A stretch of 56,662 nucleotides of DNA, counting the filler, from Dugesia japonica (lineage: Eukaryota): assembly GCA_001938525.1 (NCBI GenBank). It is 4 parts of 4 records of this genome, joined end to end, with 100 filler letters (N's around TTAATTAATTAA, not from the genome) between each part and the next. Parts side by side here need not be neighbours in the genome. Positions count along the whole stretch, not along the records: positions 21,736 to 38,014 come from MQRL01600664.1; 3 more parts are not named here. The stretch is one strand, 5' to 3'. The notes below the pieces were generated by a model. It had not been told where the DNA came from. It made no database searches and saw nothing but the letters and a program-made list of their open reading frames with translations. Made by a program: the position numbers and the translations under genes. Shown here one piece after another: positions 23,800 to 34,732 of this stretch. Numbering within the stretch: the first letter of the stretch is position 1; every line of letters begins with the position of its first letter.

Positions 23800-25051
23800 T
23801 TTGTATTCTAAACATTTATATTTAAAACACTTAAAATTAAACATTTGAAATTAAAGTTTTACACTAAACATTTACAGTTAAAACTTTTGCAATTAAATAT
23901 TTCATTTTGAAAATCTATACAATTAAATTTTACATTTCTCAACTTATGCTAATGAAAAATATACCTAATAAAACAAATCTCAATATTTCAAAACCGAGGT
24001 AAGCACCTTAAGACCAAAGAGAAAATTTGATTGGAACACGAAATAGTAATATTAATCAATTTAAGTTAAGTTGCATAATAAAACTATTTAGTAATTTTCC
24101 GACAAAAAAATTAAAATTTCCCAGGCCTTGTTTAAAACAATAAAATTTAAAATTAAATTTCTATTGATTTAATAATATAATGTTCTGAATTTCATTGATA
24201 TTTCATTAAAATTGAATGGATTAAATATAAATTTTCTGATTGACAAATTATTTACACTGGCATTATTTACATTGCTTATTCACATGGTGAATTTCAATAG
24301 AAAACAAGACAAAACTCATTTGAACATAAATGACTTAGCATTCAGTTATAATTTTCTTTTGCTAACAAATTCAATAAGAATTTTACTATTTAAAATATTC
24401 TAGTGTATTGAAAATATTAACCAAATCATAATTATTAGATTTGGTAGTCGGCATTTCAATTATCTTTAAACTTATTAACATGTTTACTTTTATTTTCAAT
24501 TTTTTTTCAAACTTTATCGGGGATAAAACAGCTGCTGTGAAATATTTTGATATCGATAATGTCAATGAAATATTTTAAAGAAATATTATTATCATCTCAT
24601 ATGCAGATTTCTCTTTCATTATTTGATTAGAGATTTATTTATCGTTTAACTTTGACCACATGAAACTTTCCTTTGATGGGCTTAGTTTTATCTAAATATT
24701 TTTCTTCCTTTTCGCAAAATGGTTGAATATTTTTTACAAAACCATAATATAATAAATTAAAATATTATAAACAAAAAATTTAATATTTTTTTAATTTTTA
24801 TTTCAATTCAATATACAATGAAATTTTTACCGATTTTTTTGCTTTATTTTATTTTAGATAAAGTTTCTAATTATTCATTAAATCAGGTTTAGATTTCTGA
24901 TATTTCTTTTTCGAAATTGTCATTTTAATGACAGATTTAAAATTCATTAAAAGAAAAAATATTATTAAAAATTTTTCAAGAATATTTACATATAAAATAT
25001 GGTTTTATTGTTTTTTAAATAATGTTTTAACACCATCAAATTTTATTTCAG

Positions 25052-25560
25052 TCCACAGTCAATCAACCTTCCTCCAAACTTCCAAAAACGTCTCAATTAA
25101 CATTTGAAATATCACTAAATTCCAAACGAAAAGAAAATCAACAACTTGGTCTTAATATTCACTATCGAAATGAAAAAGACAATCCATCACTTGGTACAGG
25201 AATATATATTCACTCCATTCTTATTAATAGTCTTGCTGCACAGCAAGGAGGATTGCAAGTTAATGATAAATTGATTGGAGTAAATGGAAACAGCCTTTCA
25301 GAGATAACTGTTGAAGAAACAATTAATTTTCTTAAAACTGCTATGCAAAACAATTCGGTTCTCGCTATTACAGTCATGAGAGAATCATCCTATGAGGAAT
25401 TTTCAGATGTTACAGACAACAATCATATCAGATCTATATCTAATTTGGCAAACACTGAAACTGCTATAAAGTCTGATTTGTCTAAATGTATTCTACCAAA
25501 CAAATTAATAATGGAAAGTAAACCAAGAAAATCTAAACAAAAACATTCATCAAATCATAA
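25052..25560 (+). CDS. par-3: par-3 exon encoding the PDZ3 domain
   Basis: TTTCAG acceptor, GT donor (phase 2). LTFEISLN..LGLNI..GIYIHSIL..AAQQGGLQVNDKLIGVNGNSL resembles Par-3 PDZ3. Confidence 0.85.
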
Positions 25561-25897
25561 GTAGGAATTAATAATTAATCTAATTAAACTTTTATTGGTT
25601 TTCTACTAGAAGAATATATAGATCACATAAAATTAGGCAATCAAATATATCTAGAAATTTTGTTAAATAATAAATTTAATTTAATTTAATTGAAATCTAA
25701 AATTTAGGGATGCATTTATTAATAAGCTTATTAATTAATTAATTCTTAATAATTATCATTATTCTCCAATAAGCTTAATAATTGACCCACCCACGTATTT
25801 TACTTCTAATACCCTAATGATTTCTTAATATTAATAAGCAAAATTAATAATAAAAATATTAATTAAAGCTGAAGAATAATCAATCAATAAGAATAAA

Positions 25898-26588
25898 CTA
25901 GGTGGTTTATGAGCCGCAAGTCGCCCCGTGATCAAAGAAAAATCATTTATAGAATTATTTTTGAATTAAATTTTTTTATCCATAATATTTCTACAAAAGA
26001 AAAGATAAAAGGATACATACTTACTGCCAATGTGGCATGCAAATGAAGTCTGCTAAAAGAGTTCACAACAATCACACGCCTTTTAGGCACCTCATTTTTG
26101 TCTTATTCATTTGTTTGCTAAGATCAAGAGATCTTATTTTGTTCGATATCAGTACCGCCTGTTTGCTCTCTTTTTTCCTGTTGTCCAACGTACCTCATGT
26201 CCACTTTACTTTTTCCACCAACCACCCACCATATTTGGCACATAAATTACTTCAGGAAGTTGCCTGATCATGTTCATTCTGCGTGTTTTTATCTTTTAGC
26301 TTTAGTTTAAAATTTTAAATTTTGAGTTTTAACTCGTACAGATAAATCGTACGCCAATGCATTTTTCTCATTTTTGAATTTATCAATTAAAATGGAGTCT
26401 TACCAATTAGTATTAAAACGAAGACGACATAAGCATTTTTATACAAGTTTATCAAATATTATTACTTATTATTTGAACTTGAGTTTTTTGAGTTTAAAAT
26501 TAAAGATTGAAAAACGAATTTATTTTCTTAGCAACGTAATATTAAATAATTTAATTTCTAAAAATTTTTAATTCATCTTTTATGTAGA
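25898..26588 (-). mobile_element. Probable non-autonomous Helitron
   Basis: Minus strand A|TCTACATAAAAG ... GC-rich segment then CTAG|T. Confidence 0.45.
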
Positions 26589-27938
26589 TTCAAAAATACA
26601 ATAAATAATTTTAAATTTCGATTTACAATATGCTTCTAGAAAAAAACTCTAATTGCAAAAATTTTTAATTTAATGATTTATTAGAAATTTGTTTTTTCAT
26701 GTAAAAATAAAATTACATTCTTATTGTTTTCATAATGTATTAAATAGAATCTGTAAATAATTTTTACGTTTCCTCACCATTTCATTGTTTTCATTTTTTA
26801 TTGAACATTCTTTTTTCTAGATTAAATACTAACTAATAAGATGTTAACTAATAACTGTTAAGATGTTTTTTTAGAAAAGCAATTATGATGGCATCTAAAG
26901 AATTAATTTTTCGGTGGTTATTTTTTTACAAATTTAACAATCAGTTTTATAGCGATTTTTGTCTCGATGGTTTTCTTTATTAATTTAACTGAATTTTTAC
27001 ACAGTTCAAGAATGTATTATGTAATGACTATTATAAATTTTACCAGAATTTTGCTTTTTATTAAACTTGTTTTTATAATTATGATAATATTCTTGATCAT
27101 TTATTTCCATGCAAAGTTGATATGAATGTTTTTTNNNNNNNNNNNNNNNNNNNNNNNNNNNNNNNNNNNNNNNNNNNNNNNNNNNNNNATAAAATGTAAA
27201 AAGTTAAAAAAACTTCGTGTAATTTATTATAATATTAATAACTTTATATCTTAGAGAAGCATGATATTATTGGCTTTAATTAATTAACACGAATTTTTAG
27301 AGCAATCAAAGAATAGTTATATTTTTTGTAGATAAAGTATGAATTTCAGTGAATGTATACATTTACGAGAATTTTTAGAGAAAGTATGCATTGAATAATA
27401 AGGTAAATGTAACATGCTACAAATATTTATAACTATATTTTATCTCATATTTGAGACTGTTAAAGGTCAGTTAATTTAAAATATTTAAAGTTTAACTAAA
27501 GCTTTGCTGAGAATGAATGCAATGCCTAGTGAATGATTTAAAAGATATTTTGATAAAACATTAGTGGAATACATTTAAAATGTATATTTTCAATTTTTAA
27601 TTTTCTANNNNNNNNNNNNNNNNNNNNNNNNNNNNNNNNNNNNNNNNNNNNNNNNNNNNNNNNNNNNNNNNNNNNNNNNNNNNNNNNNNNNNNNNNNNNN
27701 NNNNNNNNNNNNNNNNNNNNNNNNNNNNNNNNNNNNNNNNNNTAACTATTTATCTTTTAATAATATTTGACTTTTCACTATCCGTGTCATTTTGATTTAA
27801 TAAATTTTCTTATAAATTTTCTGATTAAATAAATAGTAATCAGTCCATTTTGTTTTTAAAATTTATTTGAAAATAATTTGAGACATTATTTTACATTGAA
27901 ATTTTCCATAACTTAACTAATTAATTTTATTATAGTAG

Positions 27939-28115
27939 GAATTCATCTAGTGATAGCTGTTCACAGAATGAATGTGAGCTATCTTATTCTCACGCATCAA
28001 ACCAATTTGAAAGAGAAGGAAAAGGTCGTCGAAGTATGTCTGAAAAAGGGAAATTTCATGAAGATGCTACTCAGTTCGAAATTTATCGTAAAAGAATTGA
28101 TAGTGTTGCTTTTAA
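27939..28115 (+). CDS. par-3: par-3 exon encoding the aPKC-binding CR3 motif (end in N gap)
   Basis: Phase-2 acceptor matches the previous donor. FEREGKGRRSMSEKGKFHEDATQ compares with vertebrate FQREGFGRQSMSEKR..DASQ. Confidence 0.88.
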
Positions 28116-28400
28116 NNNNNNNNNNNNNNNNNNNNNNNNNNNNNNATTTCTAATTAACTCTATAAGTATTATCGAATAATAATAACAATATGGAATTATT
28201 TAATGGAATATTTTATGGAATAATTTAATGTAATATTGTGTGAAAGAATGAGGATATAGTGAAATTTATAATTACCTTACTTGATGTTGAAAAGAGATAC
28301 CAAAGAATGAATAATTAAAATAAACCAATAAAATTTCGATAAAATCTAAAGAATTGAGTAACAAAGATCTATTGCGTTGAATCTATCAAGAAATCGTCAT

Positions 28401-28551
28401 GTTCCTGAAGAAGGCTGTTGTCGAAAATTTGAATTTCTTTACAAATACATTTTATTTTGATCGAAGCTTTTTCTTNNNNNNNNNNNNNNNNNNNNNNNNN
28501 NNNNNNNNNNNNNNNNNNNNNNNNNNNNNNNNNNNNNNNATTTTAATGAAA
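28401..28551 (+). ncRNA. Minimal hammerhead ribozyme with complete core (28401-28435) plus family tail
   Basis: GTTC CTGAAGA A GGC TGTT GTC GAAA AT TT GAAT; tail TTTTGATCGAAGCTTT. Confidence 0.7.
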
Positions 28552-28976
28552 TACCAAAAAATGATTTTAATTTCTTAATTGTCTATGCCAAGGCTGAATA
28601 TGGGTCACATGGAAAAAATTTTTTATTTCTATTAAATTTACCTTTACGTTATTTACTTTAACAGCACACAGAAACGAGCTTTCATAAAAAATAATCATTA
28701 ACATGTTACTCAGCATATTATTGCAGATGACCAGACATAACGGCATATAAAGAAGTCTAAACACATAGAAGCATACACGGATAAAATATACACGAATAAA
28801 AGCTCACATTTTGTATTTATCGGACATATTTATTATTAAAATTTCAATACATCAGGTATGAAAGTTCACATTTTAGACCAAGATGTGTAAGTTCACTATT
28901 CTAAATTAAAATAAAATTATTTTTGTTTTTAAAAAACCATTATAAACAGCTTGAATATATATTTTATTATCTGATA

Positions 28977-29160
28977 ATCTTCTTCTTCTTCTTCTTCTTN
29001 NNNNNNNNNNNNNNNNNNNNNNNNNNNNNNNNNNNNNNNNNNNNNNNNNNNNNNNNNNNNNNNNNNNNNNNNNNNNNNNNNNNNNNNNNNNNNNNNNNNN
29101 NNNNNNNNNNNNNNNNNNNNNNNNNTTATTATTATTATTATTATCATTATTATTATTACT
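28977..29160. repeat. (TTC)n/(TTA)n microsatellite across a gap
   Basis: Direct reading. Confidence 0.9.
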
Positions 29161-29897
29161 GAAATATCTAAACTCATAATTAAAGATAAGACTCACTAAT
29201 TACATTAATAATATGATTTTAAATGTTTATAATTCCTTTACAAATATGTATTACTTATGATATTTTCATTTAAACTTTAAGGTTTGATATTTAATGTTTT
29301 TTGAAAATAATATTGAATATTGTTTTATAATAGTAATTATGTTAGATGAGTTTGAAGTACTCATCGAATCATTAATGTCAAAACTCATTTCCATAAAAGA
29401 TTTATTCACAAAACAAAACTATATCCAACACTATTTGTTTATTCAAACAAATTAAAATTCCATGTTTTAATTGGTGATCATTTTTCAAATATTAAAATTT
29501 TTCACAAAATTTTTACTTTATTATTAAATTATCATTTAAAATTTTAAAACAAATACTCATAGGTTATTTAAATTTTCATCTAAAATTTAAATATTTTTAA
29601 AAAAGAAGATTATATGAAAAATGATCTCCAACCACAAACAATTTCAACTCGTTTTTCAAAACATACTCGCAAAATACATATTAGTTATTATTATTTTAAA
29701 TATCTTTGACTAAAATTCTATTGCATGAAAACTTATTTATACATGAAAACTTTCTACAAAAAATTATTTCATTTTTATACAACATCCAAACTTTTATATA
29801 ACAGTTCAAAACAAAAGCTATTAATCATCAAATAACACTACTTTAATCAACAAGAAAAAATTTAAATTGAAATCATAAATATATTTGATAAATACAA

Positions 29898-30146
29898 CTG
29901 TGACGTGACTAGAGTGGGCAAACAGGATATTTGCCCCAGGCGCCAAACCTATTTTTTGATAAATTTTCAATAAAATTTGCATTTTTGAGTAATTATTGAT
30001 ATTTTCTTTCAGGTTTTTTCATTTTTTTAAATGAATTTCATTATGAAAAAAAATATTGCAAAAGTTGGAATTAAAAAATGTTAAGAGTGAATTGGGGTGA
30101 AATTTCTAAACTTTCCCGAGCTCCGAAAACTCTAGTTACACCACTG
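29898..30146. mobile_element. hAT-type MITE
   Basis: TIR CTGTGACGTGACTAGAG / CTCTAGTTACACCACTG; 8-bp TSD AAATACAA/AAATACGA. Confidence 0.75.
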
Positions 30147-30712
30147 AAATACGATGTAGGCTTTTGTTCATGTGAATGTTTGTTGTAGAACCGTTATTAC
30201 ATTATCTGTTACTCATTTTTACAATAATTGCCTTTTATTGAGTTGAATATATTTTTAAATACANNNNNNNNNNNNNNNNNNNNNNNNNNNNNNNNNNNNN
30301 NNNNNNNAAAAAATTCAATTTTATGGCTTCCTTCAATGGACTACAATTAACAATTGAAATGAAAAATTTACAATTATCCATTTCTTAGTTTATATATATT
30401 TGGATATTTATTAATTTTATCAATATTATAACCAATCTTCCTGCTATTTGAGATCTTTTGATTTCACTATGAATATATTTAAAAAAAAATATTATATAAC
30501 CACTTATATTTTAAGCCAATTAGAAATTTGAATTACAACTCCTTGATATAACTGANNNNNNNNNNNNNNNNNNNNNNNNNNNNNNNNNNNNNNNNNNNNN
30601 NNNNNNNNNNNNTATATAAAATTATATTAATATAATTGATATTTAATTTTCAGATATTTATAGTTACAATAGATTAAAAATCTTAGCTTAAAATGAGGTT
30701 TTATCTGTTCGC

Positions 30713-30748
30713 AATCCTAATTTTCGACGATCGTTTCCTTCAGGGATT
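30713..30748 (-). ncRNA. Minimal hammerhead ribozyme variant
   Basis: Reverse complement AATCC CTGAAGG A AAC GATC GTC GAAA AT TA GGATT; compensatory stem I change. Confidence 0.55.
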
Positions 30749-30839
30749 GGATTTATGCCAATTCCAAAAGTAAACTCCTGAAGGCAACTTTTTACATTTA
30801 CAGCTTAAAATGTCGATTACATAGATTAAAAAAAATACA

Positions 30840-31610
30840 GCAAATGAAACATCCAAAGATTCCTCAATTTTTTCATCGAAATGAAAGTATACACAAAAAT
30901 TCAGACACACGATATCAACTTACAATTCTCCCATTATGGAAATTGATAATAACATTGAGGACCTTCAATTTAAACTAATACAAACATATAAACACAACAA
31001 AAATAACAATAAACAAAGTAAGGAAAATCCAATTATTAAAGAAATTAAAAACAGACAAAACAAATAAATGAATTTTTTTTCTGAACATTTAAATAATTAT
31101 AAAACAATAGCTCACAAAAGACTACCAACTACAGAATAAATTAAATTCAATAAATAATTAATTCAAATAGCAAAAAAATATAATATAAAAATTTAGAAAT
31201 ATATGCAATAAAAAAATGTCACTTATAAAATAACATGTACCCTTTGTCAAGAAACATATATAGGTAAAACATGCAGAACCATCCGTACAAGAATTAAAGA
31301 ACATCTCAAACAAAAAGAAAGTGAAGTCTTCAAAAACTTTCAGCACAAACAATATTTCACCAGAAAAACATCACATAACATGGAAAACATTAGGAACAGG
31401 TTACATTTCCATATTTCATCAAAAAAGATAATTCTAAAATCAATGTAATTTATATAATTAAAATCAAAAAAAAAAAAATTTAACCAATTAAAATTCAGAA
31501 AATTTAATTAATTCAAAAAAATATTTCCATTATTAACATAAATCTTGAATAAATAAAAAAACGTTAATTCCTGACGAAGACAAAGTCGAAAATAAGACTT
31601 ATTATCCAAA
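30840..31610 (+). mobile_element. Penelope-like retroelement 3' remnant: GIY-YIG endonuclease followed by hammerhead (31566-31600)
   Basis: NVTYKITCTLCQETYIGKTCRTIRTRIKEH at ~31215-31305; AATTC CTGACGA A GAC AAA GTC GAAA downstream. Confidence 0.88.
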
Positions 31611-31614
31611 ATAT

Positions 31615-31800
31615 TTGGTTGCATTGAAAACACTTTTTCGACCAGATGAAAATTCTCGGATCCAGTTATAAATGGTCGCCTTATATGGGGCTTTTTCACC
31701 ATATACCTCTTGAAGCTGATTAAAATTGCCTTCTTGCCAACTCCCTTTACTTGTAAAAATCGGATCATACTGCAAAATTCAACATTATCGAACAGTTTTT
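31615..31800 (-). pseudogene. Mariner transposase HTH fragment
   Basis: MIRFLQVKG / LQEVYGEKAP..TIYNWIREFSSGRKSV. Confidence 0.75.
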
Positions 31801-32074
31801 TTTTAATTATTCTAATCTAGTGCAAACAAAAATTATCATATNAAAAGAAATAATACATTTCATACCTATATTTTTGATAGAGTTTAAATTTCTGAAATAA
31901 TTATTGAAATAATTTTTATTTTTACTATTAAAATTTTTAAAATTATTTCTAAATTTATTTTTAATATTTTTGGAATTCGAAATATTTTCAATGAAGTTTC
32001 TATTATTATTATTGAATTAATTTTTATTTTAACTATTAAAACTTTTAAAAATCAAAATTTATATTAACTTTTAT

Positions 32075-33192
32075 AACTGGATCTTTCCGACAAATTCGCA
32101 TAACAGATGTAGCAAATTATATATTAAAACATTAGTTCCAAACATGAAATTTTCATCGCTTGAATCAAATAAGTTAAAAGATGCGACCGTGTTGGTCATC
32201 GATGAAACGCTGTATTTTCATTTGCTTCTTGATACTAATCTTTCGCCACTAGAAATAATGATGTATTCCTTCGATGGAAAGATGTTGATGTTGAGTTGTG
32301 GTTTTCATCAAAAATCAAATTTAGTTAACCAACATAATCGAATTATGTGCCAAAAATTAACTATTGTGGCGTTAGGTAAAGTAAATAAGCTTAATTACCA
32401 ACATAAATTCTGCCAGTCAACAAGATTTTAACGACTGGGTTCTAAAAATAAACGATTAATAATTAAGGAATGATTTTNNNNNNNNNNNNNNNNNNNNNNN
32501 NNNNNNNNNNNNNNNNNNNNNNNNNNNNNNNNNNNNNNNNNNNNNNNNNNNNNNNNNNNNNAAATGAAAGAATAGATAAAATTTCTTAAAACGTCATTTT
32601 ATGTCAAAAGATTTTGATCTTATATAGCTAAACCATGTAAAGTTGAAAACAGCTAATTATAGTAGCATTGATTTGATGGTGTCCAATATTCCACATGACA
32701 ATTAATTTCCCAGTTGAATTTTTCAACAGGAAGTGCACCTCATTTATTGAAACTAAAAGATTGTTACGTTGAAATTTCTCAACATGATAAATATAGTATT
32801 TATTGTGTATTTGCCATTTCGTTGAAAATTTTTAACGCAAAGAAACAAGTACTTAATAAAAACTGTAACAGAGCAAAAATCATAACATTGAGTAAAATGT
32901 GGGGAGATTTGCATTCTTATAATTGAAAGTGATAGTATTTTATCTTTGAAAATAAAGCGTCGTCAATTTCTGACGATGTTAACATTTGCCATGGCTATAA
33001 ACAAGGCACAAGATCAGTCATTTGATCCTATCGGTATTTATTTATCTGAACCAGTTTTCCGTTGTGATCAACTATACATATCTGTAACTTGATACCATAA
33101 TCACAAAATTCTAAGGGTGTGAATCAGCAATACACTTTACTGAGGCAAAATTATTGGTGACGAATGTTCATTTATAAAGAATATTGTATAAG
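32075..33192 (+). pseudogene. Helitron RepHel PIF1-type helicase remnant
   Basis: VLVIDE, FDGKMLMLSCGFHQ (cf. FGGK..LGGDFRQ), RRQF..TFAMAINKAQDQSF..GIYLSEPVF..QLYI, KNIV. Confidence 0.88.
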
Positions 33193-33530
33193 TTTCAATA
33201 AGTAAAAACTTCCAGATCAAAAATATTTTCATTAATTTCTTGTGAAAGGTTTTCTTCGGAGATTCACTTTTTTATTATCATCAAAAATATTTTAGTAGAG
33301 TTGTATATTAAATTTTCAAACAATAATATTTCCATAAATTTCTATATATTATTTAAATTTGTTTTATAGTGCCGANNNNNNNNNNNNNNNNNNNNNNNNN
33401 NNNNNNNNNNNNNNNNNNNNNNNNNNNNNNNNNNNNNNNNNNNNNNNNNNNNNNNNNNNNNNNNNNNNNNNNNNNNNNNNNNNNNNNNNNNNNNNNNNNN
33501 NNNNNNNNNNNNNNNNNNNNNNNNNNNNNN

Positions 33531-33740
33531 ATTTCATTAAATTAAAAGCTTCGATCAAATTATTGTTTTTCTTTTTTTACGTTCTTGATAGTATTTTGAA
33601 TTTTCGACTTTGATTTTGTCTGGAAAAAAGTAAATTCCTAACGAAGACAAAGTCGAAAATTCGAAATATTATCTAGAACTAAAAAAATAAATATAAAAAA
33701 AGAAAAAGAATATTTTGATCGAAGCTTTTAATTTAATGTA
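33531..33740. repeat. Palindrome formed by two inverted hammerhead-repeat copies
   Basis: The left arm (33531-33625) is the reverse complement of the right arm (33633-33740), including the hammerhead and the GATCGAAGCTTTT tail. Confidence 0.85.
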
Positions 33741-33952
33741 TTGTCAAATACGACAAATGATTAAGTCTAACAATTTTCTCGCCATAATTGTAATTGAAAA
33801 ATATTTTAATTTACAAAATTATTGCAATAAAAATAAAAGAACCGACGTAAATGTCGAAGTCAAAATAAATCAATTTCATTAACATTTAATGATATTAACA
33901 AGAAAATAAATTGAATATCAAGTGTACATTTCTATCAAACTATGCTGATTAA

Positions 33953-34038
33953 TTCATTAAAATAAAAGCTTCGATCGAAATTGGTTTTTTTGGCTTTTGA
34001 TAATAATTCTATATCTCGACTTTGTTTTCTTCAGAATT
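33953..34038 (-). ncRNA. Hammerhead-containing repeat copy, degenerate
   Basis: Reverse complement AATT CTGAAGA A AAC AAA GTC GAGA TA TA GAATT plus tail. Confidence 0.55.
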
Positions 34039-34137
34039 GATTTTTGCTGATTAATTTGCAAGTTAAATAAAGTTTTGCTTCAAATTTCAAAATTTCATCA
34101 ATATTAACAAATTCAAATTTTTAACTTATTTTTTCAG

Positions 34138-34732
34138 AGCGTCCATATTCTACTTTACCAACAACATCTCATCGAAAGAAAATGCAACAGGATCAATCTC
34201 CTCCTCCACTTCCTAATAAAGCCCCAATGAAACCATCCCAAATAAAAATTAAGAATGCTCAAGAGTCAGGTCCAAGATTGGCAAATTTTACTCCTAATCG
34301 ATCTGCATCTCTACGAGATTCACCAAACACGCCAAACATTGCGCGTACAATTAACTATGAATTTATCAAAATTCATTTAAATACTGTTAATTTAGATAAA
34401 TCACGAAGTCCGAAAAATTATAGTCAAACTCCCACCCATGATTCTCAACCTGTTTTTAATCGTGCAATGAACAACAGCTTCAAAAAAGCTGTTCAGAGAT
34501 CTCTACCAGATGCAAATGAACAGAAAAAATCAACACAATCAAATAATTCACTCCCACATAATACTAATAAACTTTATTCCACTCATGAACCTCCAGTTAC
34601 CAAATCAGAAAATGATTTCAACAATTCTAATCAAATTCAAAATAAAAATCATAAAAATGAAAAAATTCCCCGATCAAATTCTGTCAAAACTGTAGAAAAG
34701 AAAAAATCATTTAATATCAAAGAATTCTTAAA
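34138..34732 (+). CDS. par-3: par-3 exon, low-complexity C-terminal region
   Basis: TTTTCAG acceptor, GTAATT donor, open frame. NRAMNNSFKKAVQRS compares with Par-3 RGRGCNESFRAAIDKS. Confidence 0.75.

Noticed and set aside
28906-29196. Poly-N/I/Y/F/E/R ORFs
   Set aside because: Translations of microsatellites and Ns.
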